Below are positions 51,887-64,000 of a DNA stretch of 64,000 nucleotides, piece by piece. Position numbers and translations under genes: made by a program. The stretch is taken from NCBI GenBank assembly GCA_964016885.1, contig OZ024755.1, forward strand, positions 37,758,001 to 37,822,000, in the 5' to 3' direction. Below the pieces are notes generated by a model. The model was not told the DNA's origin. It saw nothing but the letters and a program-made list of their open reading frames with translations, and made no database searches. How positions within the stretch are numbered: the stretch's first letter is position 1; each line of letters starts with the position of its first letter. The stretch is from Eledone cirrhosa (Eukaryota).

Positions 51887-53216
51887 TTTCCTGAATGTTT
51901 TACTTGGTTAATTTTATCAGATCACCAACACTCATGAGGTTGACAAGTCTTTGACAGAGCCAAAGGGACCTCTCTACAATAGTAGTGATGAAAAGACAAC
52001 AAATTTGTAATACCACTCCAGGTATTCTTTTATCTCTCAACATATTTACTTACTTTAAGCTTGGCAATGCTTGTATTGGTGAGCAGGTCTTTTCTAGTAT
52101 GGCTATGGGCCAGTCAGCGTGGTCTTTTGTCATCTACTTCATAGGGTTCAGTTTCTTAAAACAAGGTATTGCTATTTCACCAATAAAATGATACCTGTGT
52201 GGCTTAATCAGAGCAAATAGTCATTTTGTTTTACATCGTTAGTCACTTAAGGTACTTTAGTGTAAAAAGATATCCTACTGTGTCGGCACTGAGGTGTTAT
52301 ATATATATATGTATATATACACACACACACAAATGCACAAAAGTCTTTCACAAGCTTTATATATATATATTTTTTTTTTTGTTAGTTTTTTTTGCCTTCA
52401 GAATGTGTGTTTGTGACCTCACAAAAACTCCCACTTACATTGCTTTTTTTTTTTTTTAATGAAGAATCAAATAACTACTTTAATTTTATTTTTGCAAGAT
52501 TTAGTTAGGTGATATCTGTGTATATAAAGGATTATTTTTCATGAATAACTAGCTCTTTTGTAAGTCTACCATGTAAACACAAACGTTTATATGAATTTTT
52601 TTTATTTTCTGTCTTATTACAATCCTAGAGAACACATTTCTCACTTGATGTTTTCTGTATATAAATTTCTTTATGATTCCACCACCTCCCATTTTTGTAA
52701 TTTTACAAACTCAGACAGAATTCTTCCTTTTGAATTTTTGAATTTAGACAGTGAAAGTATGTGACCTAGTGGTTAGGGTTTTGCACTTCTGGTCATAAAG
52801 TTGAATGTTCAATTCCTGAACTGGGCAGTCTTTTGTGTTCTTGAGCAAAATATTTCATTTCATGTTGCTTTCATAATAGAACTCGGGTCCCCTATAATTA
52901 AAATACCTAGCAAACCTCCTATGAGATACAACGTGAGTGAAAATGGATGAATTATAGAGGAAAAGAATAGTATATCGATGAAGACGAAGTAAAAGAAGAG
53001 ATACATCTGTTACGTGTAAGGCAGGGGGAAGGAATTTGTTAAATGAAACAGATGAAAAATTGTTTGAGATTGGTAACGAGAATAAAATGACATTTAATCA
53101 ATGTCACAAGTATGGAAATACACTCTTGACAGGTGAAATGTGTCCAAACATGGAAGAGCCGAACTCCCACCATCATCACCCCATCTCTCTGTATATAAGG
53201 GGCCAGTTAAACTTAC

Positions 53217-53366
53217 ATAGTTGTGATGTGTACATTTCAATTATTTTGTTTCTCGCTTCTTTCTTATCAGGGTCATCATCGTTTTCCCATTCTTTCTGAG
53301 GATGGATGAGAGTCTTTTCTAGCAGGTTTTCTGTGGTCATGTACCCTTCCTCACACCAACCAACAC
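53217..53366 (-). CDS. Candidate internal host exon, product unknown
   Basis: TAG| acceptor, |GTAAGT donor, 150 nt, symmetric phase 1, open frame VGWCEEGYMTTENLLEKTLIHPQKEWENDDDPDKKEARNKIIEMYTSQL. Confidence 0.45.
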
Positions 53367-53371
53367 CTATA

Positions 53372-53738
53372 GCCAGAGGCTGGGTATTTAGCACCATAGG
53401 CTGGGTATTTAGCACCATAGGCTGGGTATTTAGCACTAGAGGTTGGGTATTTAGCACCAGAGGCTGGGTATTTAGCACCATAGGCTGGGTATTTAGCACC
53501 ATAGGCTGGGTATTTAGCACCAGAGGCTGGGTATTTAGCACCAGAGGCTGGGTATTTAGCACCAGAGGCTGGGTATTTAGCACCATAGGCTGGGTATTTA
53601 GCACCATAGGCTGGGTATTTAGCACCAGAGGCTGGGTATTTAGCACCAGAGGCTGGGTATTTAGCACCATAGGCTGGGTATTTAGCACCAGAGGCTGGGT
53701 ATTTAGCACCATAGGCTGGGTATTTAGCACCATAGGCT
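53372..53738. repeat. 21-bp minisatellite (about 17 units)
   Basis: GGCTGGGTATTTAGCACCA(T/G)A. Confidence 0.95.
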
Positions 53739-53990
53739 ATCCCTAGAATATGCATCCTCTTTTAGTTATGCACCTCAATCTCTCAAATAATTTCAACTGA
53801 AAGTTTAGTAAGCTGACAAACCTAGTTTTGGACGCTTCTTGCTCTGACTGCACTAAGAAAATTACTAAGCCTTTATTTCTTTTGCTACAGTCCCCACTCA
53901 CCCATGCCAAATCATGTTGCAGGTAATAAATCCCTACAACCCTCTCCACCACTTTTGATATTTTCATAACGCAGAAATGATTGTAATCCT

Positions 53991-54219
53991 TTAACCCTTT
54001 AGCATTTAAACCGGCCATATCTGGCCAGAATTCTATCACCACTTTCTGTCCAAACCAGCTGTAACTGGCAACTCATACTGATATTAAATTATTGTTCTCA
54101 AAATAAAAAATATCAAAATGTCATAGATTCAATATTATGTGAGATAATTATGTCAGATAAAGTGTTTACAGTGAGAATATAATAGTAAATATAGAGTAGT
54201 GTAAATGTTAAAGGGTTAA
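53991..54219 (+). mobile_element. TTAA (piggyBac-type) MITE, complete
   Basis: TTAA-CCCTTTAGCATTTA...TAAATGTTAAAGGG-TTAA. Confidence 0.9.
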
Positions 54220-55014
54220 GGTTCAATACTGCGCCTCTCTGAGGCTTGTGCGGTAGGCAGCTTCTGAGTTAACCTTAATGGTAGCATCAGTCCTGTCCTT
54301 AACTTAGTCTAAGTATGGTGATGTATGCTACTGGTATTTGTTGTACCACTAACACCTGTTTATTGAAGACATACATAAACAGCTGTTATGGTTGCATCAG
54401 CTGGCATATTCACCACACTCTATAGCTGGCATACTCACCCATGCACACCCACATATATATGCTCACCCCACCCTACTCAAACACACACCCTCCCATACAT
54501 TCTAACTCTCACACATACCCCCCCCCCACATATGCATATCCACATTCACCCCATACATACTCCCCCACATATCCACATTCACCCCATACATACCCCCCAC
54601 ATATCCACATTCACCCCCATAATACCCCCCCCCCCCCCCACATATACATATCCACATTCACCCCCATACATACTCCTGTACATACCCCCCCCCCCACATA
54701 CACTCTCCCTCTCCCCCATCCCTACACACCATTTCAATAAAACAATATCTAAACTCTATCATACCATTGAGCTGTAAATATGAATTTAATAATTCCATAT
54801 TAAATAATCACAGGATAAATCTTAACTTCCTTTCATACTAAACTGCCTGAAACTAAGATATAAAGCTGTAATTTTAGAATGTTGAAGACCCTGGGTTAAG
54901 TGATGTTCCAAACAATCAGCTTGATAATGGTTTCTACTTTTGGCACAAGGCCAACAAATAGTCTAATTTCAAACATTTTCTATCTCCACCTTATTCACAC
55001 ATGCTTATATAATG

Positions 55015-56237
55015 GTTTCTTATATAGGCACCAGGCCAGCAATTACCCAGTGCATTACTGGTACTTTATTTTATCGACCCCGTAAGGATGAAAGGCAAAG
55101 TCAACCTCGGTGGGATTTGAACTCAGATCGTAAAGGGACATAACTATGCTGGAAAGTATGGCGCCCGTCCCTCTACCGATACTGCCAATCCACCGAATGG
55201 TTTCTTATATAGGCACCAGGCCAGCAATTTTGGGGGAGGGGAAAGTCGATTAAATTGACCCCGGTGTATTACTGGTACTTTATTTTATCAACCCAGTAAG
55301 GATGAAAGGTAAAGATAACCTCGACGAGATTTGAACTCGGAACGTAAAGGACCATAACTCCATGCTGCAAAGCATGTTGTCTGACACTCTACAGGTACCA
55401 TGCCATCAATTCTGGAGGAGAGGGGAAAGTTGATTAAATTGACCCCCAGTACATTACTGGTACATTGTTTTATCATTGACCTGGTAAGGATAAAAGACAA
55501 AACTAACCTTGATGGGATTTGAACTCAGAATGTAAAGGGATGTAGCTATATGCCACAGAGCATCTTGTCCAACACTCTATTGAAATTACCAATCCACCAC
55601 CCTGAACATCAGGTTAATAATTGTTTTTACACCAGAATTTTGGGGGAGGGGAAAGTCAGTTAAATGACCCCAGTACATTACTGGTACTTTATTTTATCAA
55701 GCCCATACTGATGAAAGGGAAAGCTGACCTTGGCGGGATTTAAACCCAGAATGTAAAGGGCCGTAACTCTATGCTGCAAAGCGTGGTGTCCGACACTCTA
55801 CTGATACTGCCAACACACCACCCTAAACATCAGCTTAACCCTTTAGCATTTAAACCGGCCATATCTGGCCAGAATTCTCTCACCTCTTTCTGTTCAAACC
55901 TGCTGTAACTGGCCACTCATACTGATGTTAAGGTATTGTTCTCAAAATAAGTAATATCAAAATGTCATAGATTCAATATCATGTGAGATATTATGAGAAA
56001 TATAGCCTTTATGGTGAAAATACAATAGTATATATAGAGTGATGTAAATGTTAAAGGGTTAATAATTGTTTTTACTTTTGGCACAAGGCCAACAATTACC
56101 TAGTGCATTACTGGTACTTTATTTTATCGACCCCGTAAGAATGAAAGGCAAAGTTAACCTCGGCTGGATTTGAACTCAGAATGTAAAGGGTCGTAACTCT
56201 ATGCGTCAAAACATGGCATTCGACCCTCCACCAATCC
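55015..56237 (-). mobile_element. Tandem cluster of about 5 SINE A copies
   Basis: Repeated ACTGGTACTTTATTTTATCGACCCCGTAAGGATGAAAGGCAAAG. Confidence 0.85.
55835..56062 (+). mobile_element. TTAA MITE, complete
   Basis: TIRs with TTAA on both sides; similar empty site at about 55597-55630. Confidence 0.92.
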
Positions 56238-56633
56238 AATGAGAAAGAAACAGTTATATTACTAAATCCTTCAAATTCTTGATTATTTTCCAAGTTATTT
56301 GAAAACCATAGCCAGTGGTTTTAATAAGAAATACAGTAAAGGAAGGATTAAACTCAACCCATACAACTGAAAATATGGATTTAATATTTTCACACTAAAT
56401 TATATAATCACAGGTTAAATTTGTGATGCTTTGTTTAATATGTGTGGTGTGGGGTGGTGTGGGGTGGAATGCATTTCTGACTGTCATGTCTGCCTCCTTT
56501 TTAAAAGCTGGCTTGTTGTGCAAACACCTACTACAGCTCACTTCCCAGTGAGTAATAGGCATAACCTTGTACATTTGCCAATATCATTCGGACACCTTTA
56601 AACATCATTGTACTTTATACAATGTCTTTACTG

Positions 56634-56677
<44 letters not shown>

Positions 56678-56682
56678 CATCA

Positions 56683-56818
<136 letters not shown>

Positions 56819-56822
56819 CATA

Positions 56823-59211
56823 TCATCATCATCATCATCATCAACGTTTAACGTCCGTGTTCCACGCTTGCATGGGTTTGGACGGGGGTAGTCCCACTTG
56901 AGGCAAGAGTGATTGTCTTGCTCGCATAGGACTGTCTGGCAGGTTTTCTACAGTTGGATGCCCTTCCTAACACCAACCACATTTACAGTGTGGGTCTGGG
57001 AGGTTTTTACCGTGTTGCCTACACGGCCACATTACAGCGTGGACTGTGTGTTTTTTTGTCGTGACACCTACACGATCTCATTTGTTTCGGCCTGGATGGC
57101 GCGGCACCAACATAACTTTACATAGAACGGGGTGGTGTGGATGGGGTGGGGGTGGTGGCGGGACGGGGTGTAGTTTGTTAGAGATGCCTACTGGCAAGGC
57201 GGGTCTTCTCTGTTACTGAGTACCGCCAAAGGTCACGGTCCAGTGACATTGTCTTGGAGAGGTGTAAGTGTGTGAGGTCGGAGTTTATCAGCTCATCCCA
57301 TGTTTTTCTAGGTCTGCCTATTCCGTGGCTACCGTCTATCTTTATTGCCCTGCACTTTGTAATACAGCTATCGACTTTCATGCGCATCACGTGTCCATAC
57401 CAACGCAGCCTTCTCTCGAGTAAACAACATCTGATCCCTCTTATCTCTAATTTTTTCCTTAGTTCGTTTATGCTTTGCCGTTCACGTATATTACTGTTAC
57501 ACATCCAGCGGAGCATGCAAGCTTCGTTCCTCTCTAGTCTGCGTATATCCTCTGCACACAATGCCCAGGTCTCACTACCATGCAACATTGCTGTTCGTAT
57601 GCAGGCATCGTACAACCTGCCTTTCATTTTTAGGGAGAACCCTTTAGCAGCTAATAGTGGTATAAGCTCTCTGAACTTTTTCCAACCAGTTCTGACTCTA
57701 GATACAGTACTTTCAGAGCACCCTCCCCCACTGCTGATTTTATCGCCCAGGTAACGGAAGCTGTCCACTATTTCTATAGAACCCTCTGCGCAATTGAAAG
57801 AGCTAGTATTTTGTGGGCACTTGCTGCTACTTATTGCACCAGAACACCGGCCACATGTAAAGTCTATGTTCTTAGTTAGCTTACCTGTGATCCCACTACA
57901 TCTTTTATGCACCCATACTTTGCATTTAGGACATAAGATGGAGTTTCTACCTACGCCTTTCCTACATACCGAGCACGACCATTTCCCAGAAGGGACCGCC
58001 GCCTTGTTTTCTTTCCTACAAACTAGAACTTTGGTCTTAGCCAGGTTAATTTTAAGTCCTTTTGACTCTAGGCCGTGCTTCCATGTTTGGAATTTCTTCT
58101 CTAGCTCGGCCATTGATTCCGCTATGAGTGTCAGGTCGTCTGCGTATAGGAGTTCCCATGGGCAGCCTGTCTTGAACTCCTCTGTTATAGCCTGAAGGGC
58201 AATAATAAATAGTAGGGGGCTGAGAACAGAGCCCTGATGGATGCCAACTTTTACGCTAAACTCTTCACTATATTCGTTGTTAATTCTAACCTTGCTGACT
58301 GTTTCTTTATACATGGCTTGTATAGCCCTCACAAGCCATTCGTCAACGCCTAGTTTTCTAAGAGCCCACCAGATAATGGAGCGGGGGACTCTGTCGAAGG
58401 CTTTCTCCAGGTCGACAAAAGCTAAGTAGAGGGGTTTACCTTTAGCTAGGTACTTCTCCTGTAGTTGTCGTACTATGAAAAGAGCGTCTGTGGTGCTTTT
58501 GCCTGACACAAACCCGAACTGCATTTCATCTAGATCAATTCTCTCTCTGATTAGTTGCGCTATTACTTTTTCCGTGACCTTCATGACCTGGTCGATTAAT
58601 TTAATGCCTCTATAGTTACTCCTATCTAGGGCGTCTCCTTTACCCTTATAACAGTTAACGATGATGCTGCTATGCCAGTCCTTCGGAACAACCCCATTCT
58701 GTACGACTTGGTTAACTATGCGGGTGACCATGGTGTGTCCCACCGTGCCAGATGCCTTCAGCATCTCAGCAACTATTTCCGAAGGCCCAGCCGCCTTACC
58801 AGTCTTCATTGATTGCCTTACTTATTATACTCCCTTCGACTAACACTGCTGGTCCCTCTATCGGGTCGATATGGGGGAGACTGTCTTTCTCCCATTTATT
58901 CTCCTCATTTAGTAGCCTTTCATAGTGACACTTCCAAGCTACCTTCTTATCAGTGTCGGTGATGGCAAGTATGCCATCATCGTTAAGTACACACTTCTCC
59001 CCGACAATATCACGGTTTTCCTTGACGCATTGCCTGGCAATCCTGAACACCTCACGTTTTTGGTCATCGCGTTGTAGAACATGCTTGAACTTTCTTTCCT
59101 CAGCTTCCCTTCTTGCTAAGTACACTTCTCTCCTAGCTTCCCTCCTGGCCACTTGATAGTCTACTCTACTTCCCCCATCCCGCCATACTTTCCAAGCCTG
59201 CCTTTTGGCCT
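56823..59211 (-). mobile_element. Young 5'-truncated RTE-clade LINE in (TA)n
   Basis: RT ORF, 3' UTR and (GAT)n tail; one frameshift near 58805; no endonuclease domain. Confidence 0.95.
57178..58809 (-). CDS. RTE reverse transcriptase (partial) with embedded Cys/His finger
   Basis: [46 protein letters not shown]; CxxC..CxxC..HxxC..CxxC. Confidence 0.93.
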   Translation of the reverse strand: MKTGKAAGPSEIVAEMLKASGTVGHTMVTRIVNQVVQNGVVPKDWHSSIIVNCYKGKGDALDRSNYRGIKLIDQVMKVTEKVIAQLIRERIDLDEMQFGFVSGKSTTDALFIVRQLQEKYLAKGKPLYLAFVDLEKAFDRVPRSIIWWALRKLGVDEWLVRAIQAMYKETVSKVRINNEYSEEFSVKVGIHQGSVLSPLLFIIALQAITEEFKTGCPWELLYADDLTLIAESMAELEKKFQTWKHGLESKGLKINLAKTKVLVCRKENKAAVPSGKWSCSVCRKGVGRNSILCPKCKVWVHKRCSGITGKLTKNIDFTCGRCSGAISSSKCPQNTSSFNCAEGSIEIVDSFRYLGDKISSGGGCSESTVSRVRTGWKKFRELIPLLAAKGFSLKMKGRLYDACIRTAMLHGSETWALCAEDIRRLERNEACMLRWMCNSNIRERQSINELRKKLEIRGIRCCLLERRLRWYGHVMRMKVDSCITKCRAIKIDGSHGIGRPRKTWDELINSDLTHLHLSKTMSLDRDLWRYSVTEKTRLASRHL

Positions 59212-59216
59212 TATAC

Positions 59217-59267
<51 letters not shown>

Positions 59268-59304
59268 CATATATATATATACATATACATATATATATAT
59301 ATAC

Positions 59305-59411
<107 letters not shown>

Positions 59412-59428
59412 CACACATATATATATAT

Positions 59429-59601
<173 letters not shown>

Positions 59602-59777
59602 CATATATATATAGATAGATAAATATACACGGGTGTGTATGATTGTGTATAGAAGATTATATTAATAAGAGGAATTCCAACTTTGTCTGATTTACTCATT
59701 TTATTTACAATCCTTTAAAATATATAATGGTATTATAATGAAATAGTATGATAGAATATTAAATTCTAAGTGTTAAT

Positions 59778-59816
59778 TGAACAAGTACTTTCATGCTTTC
59801 GCAATCTTCAGGTTCA
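59778..59816 (-). ncRNA. 39-nt minimal hammerhead ribozyme (H12) in TA-flanked element about 59620-59861
   Basis: TGAAC-CTGAAGA-TTGC-GAAA-GCAT-GAAA-GTACT-T-GTTCA. Confidence 0.8.
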
Positions 59817-59920
59817 TAATATGTGGTGACAGTCAAGTTTGCAATTTTCAACTGACAGTTGTATATATATATATGTATATATATACATATATATATATAT
59901 ACATGTATATATATATATAT

Positions 59921-59958
<38 letters not shown>

Positions 59959-59996
59959 ATATATATATATATATACATGTATATATATATATATAT

Positions 59997-60052
<56 letters not shown>

Positions 60053-60059
60053 ATATATA

Positions 60060-60402
60060 TCATCATCATCATCATCAACGTTTACGTCCGTGTTCCACGC
60101 TTGCATGGGTTTGGACGGGGGTTTTCCCACTTGAGGCAAGAGTGATTGTCTTGCTCGCATAGGACTATCTGGCAGGTTTTCTACAGCTGGATGCCCTTCC
60201 TAACACCAACCACATTTACAGTGTGAGTCTGGGAGGTTTTTACCGTGTTGCCTACACGGCCACATTACAGCGTGGACTGTGTGTTTTTTTGTCGTGACAC
60301 CTACACGATCTCATTTGTTTCGGCCTGGATGGTGTGGCACCAACATAACTTTACATAGAAGGGGGTGGTGGGGGGGGTGTATTTTGTTAGAGATGCCTAC
60401 TG
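60060..60402 (-). mobile_element. RTE 3' UTR fragment
   Basis: Matches 56823-57192. Confidence 0.88.
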
Positions 60403-60420
60403 ACTGATATATATATATAT

Positions 60421-60466
<46 letters not shown>

Positions 60467-60468
<2 letters not shown>

Positions 60469-60663
60469 CGAAGGAAATGTGGTAAGGAACCAGGTGGACC
60501 ATAACGCACCAAAGTACTCAATACTTGAGGTAGTAGAGTGGGTAATAGGAACCAGTAAGACCCCGACAGCTGAGCTCAAGCCGTTTCGACGGCTAATTCT
60601 GGAGTCCAGAATTAGCCATCGAAACGGCTTGAGCTCAGCTGTCGGGGTCTTACTGGTTCCTAT
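60467..60663 (-). mobile_element. Fold-back insertion (H13)
   Basis: Near-perfect 59-bp arms 60545-60603/60605-60663, (TA)n flanks. Confidence 0.7.
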
Positions 60664-60746
60664 ATATATATATATATATATACATGTATATATATATATA
60701 TATACAATATTAAATAAATGGAAAACTATATTTATAAAACCATATT

Positions 60747-60812
60747 TATTTCATTATATATATTTCGGGGATATCATATTAACAATATGCTATGCCTTCA
60801 TCAGACAAAATA
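60747..60812 (-). ncRNA. Minimal hammerhead ribozyme (H2 family)
   Basis: TATTTTGT-CTGATGA-AGGCATAGCATATT..AATATGATATCCCC-GAAA-TATATAT-A-ATGAAATA. Confidence 0.75.
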
Positions 60813-60975
60813 CAATATAAACAGTTTTATAGATAAATATATTCGACATACCGTAATAAACATCAACTTCATTATTTAATATTGTAAATATACTCCAAAT
60901 ATTTGTCGAGTGCTTTTATATCAGTTATAAATATTTACTAGTTGTAACCCAACAATTTTAAATATAACTTTACAT

Positions 60976-61397
<422 letters not shown>

Positions 61398-61477
61398 ATA
61401 TATATATATATATATACATGTATATATATATATATATACATGTATATACATGTATATATATATACATGTATATATAT

Positions 61478-61511
<34 letters not shown>

Positions 61512-62607
61512 AAATAAATATACACAGGTGTGTATGATTGTGCATAGAAGATTATATTAATAAAAGGAATTCCAACTTTGTCTGATTATACATACATACA
61601 TACACACATACATACATACACACACACATATATATATACACACACTCACATGCGTCCATTACACAGTACACAGTACACGTTTGCTTCTTCCAGTTTCCTG
61701 CTTGTAGCTCTTAAAATAGCTCTATTCCTGTTTGAGCAAAGGAACATTTTTAGAAAAATTTCCCTCTTGCTCTCATCCAGCATAACTTTCACAGTTATTC
61801 ATACAGACACACAGATGTATATATATATATATGTATACATATATGTGTGTGTGTATGAGAATGTGTGTGAGCATATATATATATATATATGTAGATATAT
61901 GTATATAGATATGTGTATATGTATGTATATATATATATGTGTGTGTATATGTATATATATATATATGTGTGTGTGTATGTATGTGTGTGTATATATGTGT
62001 GTATATGTATATATGTGTATATGTATATATGTGTGTATATGTATATGTGTGTATATGTATCATCATCATCATCATCATATATATATGTGTATATATGTGT
62101 GTATATGTGTGTATATGTATATATATATGTATATGTGTGTGTATATGTATATGTGTGTATATGTATATATGTGTGTATATGTATATGTATATATATGTGC
62201 GTATATGTATATATATGTGTGTGCGTATATGTATATATATATATGTGTGTGTATATGTATATAGATGTCTGTGTGTATATGTATATATGTGTGTATATAT
62301 ATATATATATAACATTTTGATGAATACATAAAATTATTAATCATGCCTGTCAGATGTGCAGGTCAAGCAGAGTGTCTGTGCAGGTCAACCAGAGTGCTAG
62401 AAATAGCCATTAGAGCCTAAAGTCAGCTCTACTAATTTAAAATTTCCCAATTTTGTTTAGGGGTATCCAAATACTATGTTGTGTATATGGACACTTATAT
62501 AGGTGCAATGACATAAGAAGTTCTGAGAGTACATAACGGTGGTAAAAGGTCGATTTCTACTATCCATACACACACACACACACACGTGTACACACACACA
62601 CACACAC

Positions 62608-62656
<49 letters not shown>

Positions 62657-62659
62657 TAC

Positions 62660-63332
62660 ATGTGTAATGCTGTATGGTAGTGAAACGTGCTTAGTCTGCA
62701 GAGGACGTGTGTAGACTGCTGGAGAGAAATGAAGCAACCAACGCCCCATCGGATGTGCAATGTAAGTGTGAGAGAGAAGCGGAGGTTGGATGAGTTGAAT
62801 GAGATGCTAGGTTTGAGAGGAATTGAAGGTGGTGTGCAGGAGAGAAGACTGCACTGGTATGGACATGTGATACGCATGGACATTGATTATTGGGTGAAGT
62901 GGATTGGCAGTATCGGTGGGCGGTGGATTGGCAGTATCGGTAGAGGGTCGTAACTATGCTTTCCAGCATAGTTACGTCCCTTTACGATCTGAGTTCAAAT
63001 CCCGCCGAGGTTGACTTTGCCTTTCATCCTTACGGGGTCGATAAAAATAAAGTACCAGTAATGCACTGGGTAATTGCTGGCCTTGTGCCTAAAGTAGAAA
63101 AAAAAAAAAATTATTGGGTGAAGTAGTGCCAGGAAATCCTGGTGGAAGGTAGCTGCAGTAGAGGTTGACCAAGAAAGACATGTGGAGAGGTTGTGAGAGC
63201 TGACCTCAAATCACTGAGACACACAGAGGAGATGACAAAGGGTCGTGATGTGTAGAGAGATGCTGTGCTGAGAAGGATCCATACAACCTATGCAAGCATG
63301 GGAAACTGGACGTAAAAACGATGATGATGATG

Positions 63333-63335
<3 letters not shown>
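62660..63335 (+). mobile_element. Old RTE 3' fragment interrupted by SINE A (62899-63110)
   Basis: VQERRLHWYGHVIRM; TTATTGGGTGAAGT duplicated on both sides of the SINE. Confidence 0.8.
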
Positions 63336-63380
<45 letters not shown>

Positions 63381-63382
<2 letters not shown>

Positions 63383-63805
63383 ATATATTAACAAATGGAA
63401 ACTATATTTATAAAACCATATTTATTTCATTATACATATTACAAGGACACCAAAGCAAACTATGGTGCGCTTTCATCAGATAAAATATAATATAGGTTAG
63501 TTTTATAAATAAATATTGACATACCCTTAAAAAATATCTATCTAAAAATATCCAGGAGATTCCAACCAGAATGGTTGCATTTTTTAAGGGTATGTCAATA
63601 TTTATTTATAAAACTAATCTATATTATATTTTATCTGATGAAAGCGCACCATAGTTTGCTCTGGTGGCCCTTGAAATATGTATAATGAAATAAATATAGT
63701 TTCCATTTGTTAATATATTGTATATTTACTCCAATAATTTGTTGAGTGTTTTATATCAGTTATAAAAATATTTAGCTTGTTGTATCCCAACAAATTAAAT
63801 ATAAC

Positions 63806-63808
<3 letters not shown>
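63381..63808 (+). mobile_element. Fold-back Penelope-like insertion (H2)
   Basis: Arms about 63381-63533/63580-63722 plus tail, same layout as 18281-18712. Confidence 0.75.
63627..63692 (+). ncRNA. Minimal hammerhead ribozyme (H2 family)
   Basis: TATTTTAT-CTGATGA-AAGCGCACCA..TGGTGGCCCTT-GAAA-TATGTAT-A-ATGAAATA. Confidence 0.8.
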
Positions 63809-63873
<65 letters not shown>

Positions 63874-64000
63874 TTACACAGATAAGCGATACAGTCCTTG
63901 ATGCAGGTTACTTTAACTCTGAACCAGGGAAACCGAAAATAATATCACATATACCTATATATATCATCATCATCATCGTTTAACGTCCATCTTCCACACT

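Noticed and set aside
52054-52194. Exon-like segment on the minus strand with a GTAAGT donor
   Set aside because: Stops in all frames between the plausible acceptors and the donor
57254-58843. Plus-strand ORFs over the RTE
   Set aside because: Antisense shadows of the RT ORF

Overview
Eukaryotic, AT-rich, repeat-dominated DNA with no complete host gene. The repeat families suggest a cephalopod (octopus-like) genome, which is an inference. The window contains: RTE-clade LINEs, including a young 5'-truncated copy with a 543-aa RT ORF; CR1-like LINE 3' ends; a CRE/RLE-type LINE end; three tRNA-derived SINE families; a TTAA/piggyBac-type MITE (13 or more copies); non-autonomous Helitrons; long microsatellites; many TE-derived minisatellites; and one candidate 150-nt host exon. 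The most striking signal is a set of about 12 largely unrelated families of minimal hammerhead ribozymes (CUGANGA...GAAA...UH, often with a palindromic stem III). They sit in short, usually fold-back insertions within (TA)n tracts, the architecture of Penelope-like elements. Associated observations are core variants (U4A, U.U at the base of stem II), fold-backs centred on stem II, an 11-fold tandem of a ribozyme half, and a tRNA/CORE SINE with a hammerhead-like tail. All folds were read by eye and catalytic activity is untested.
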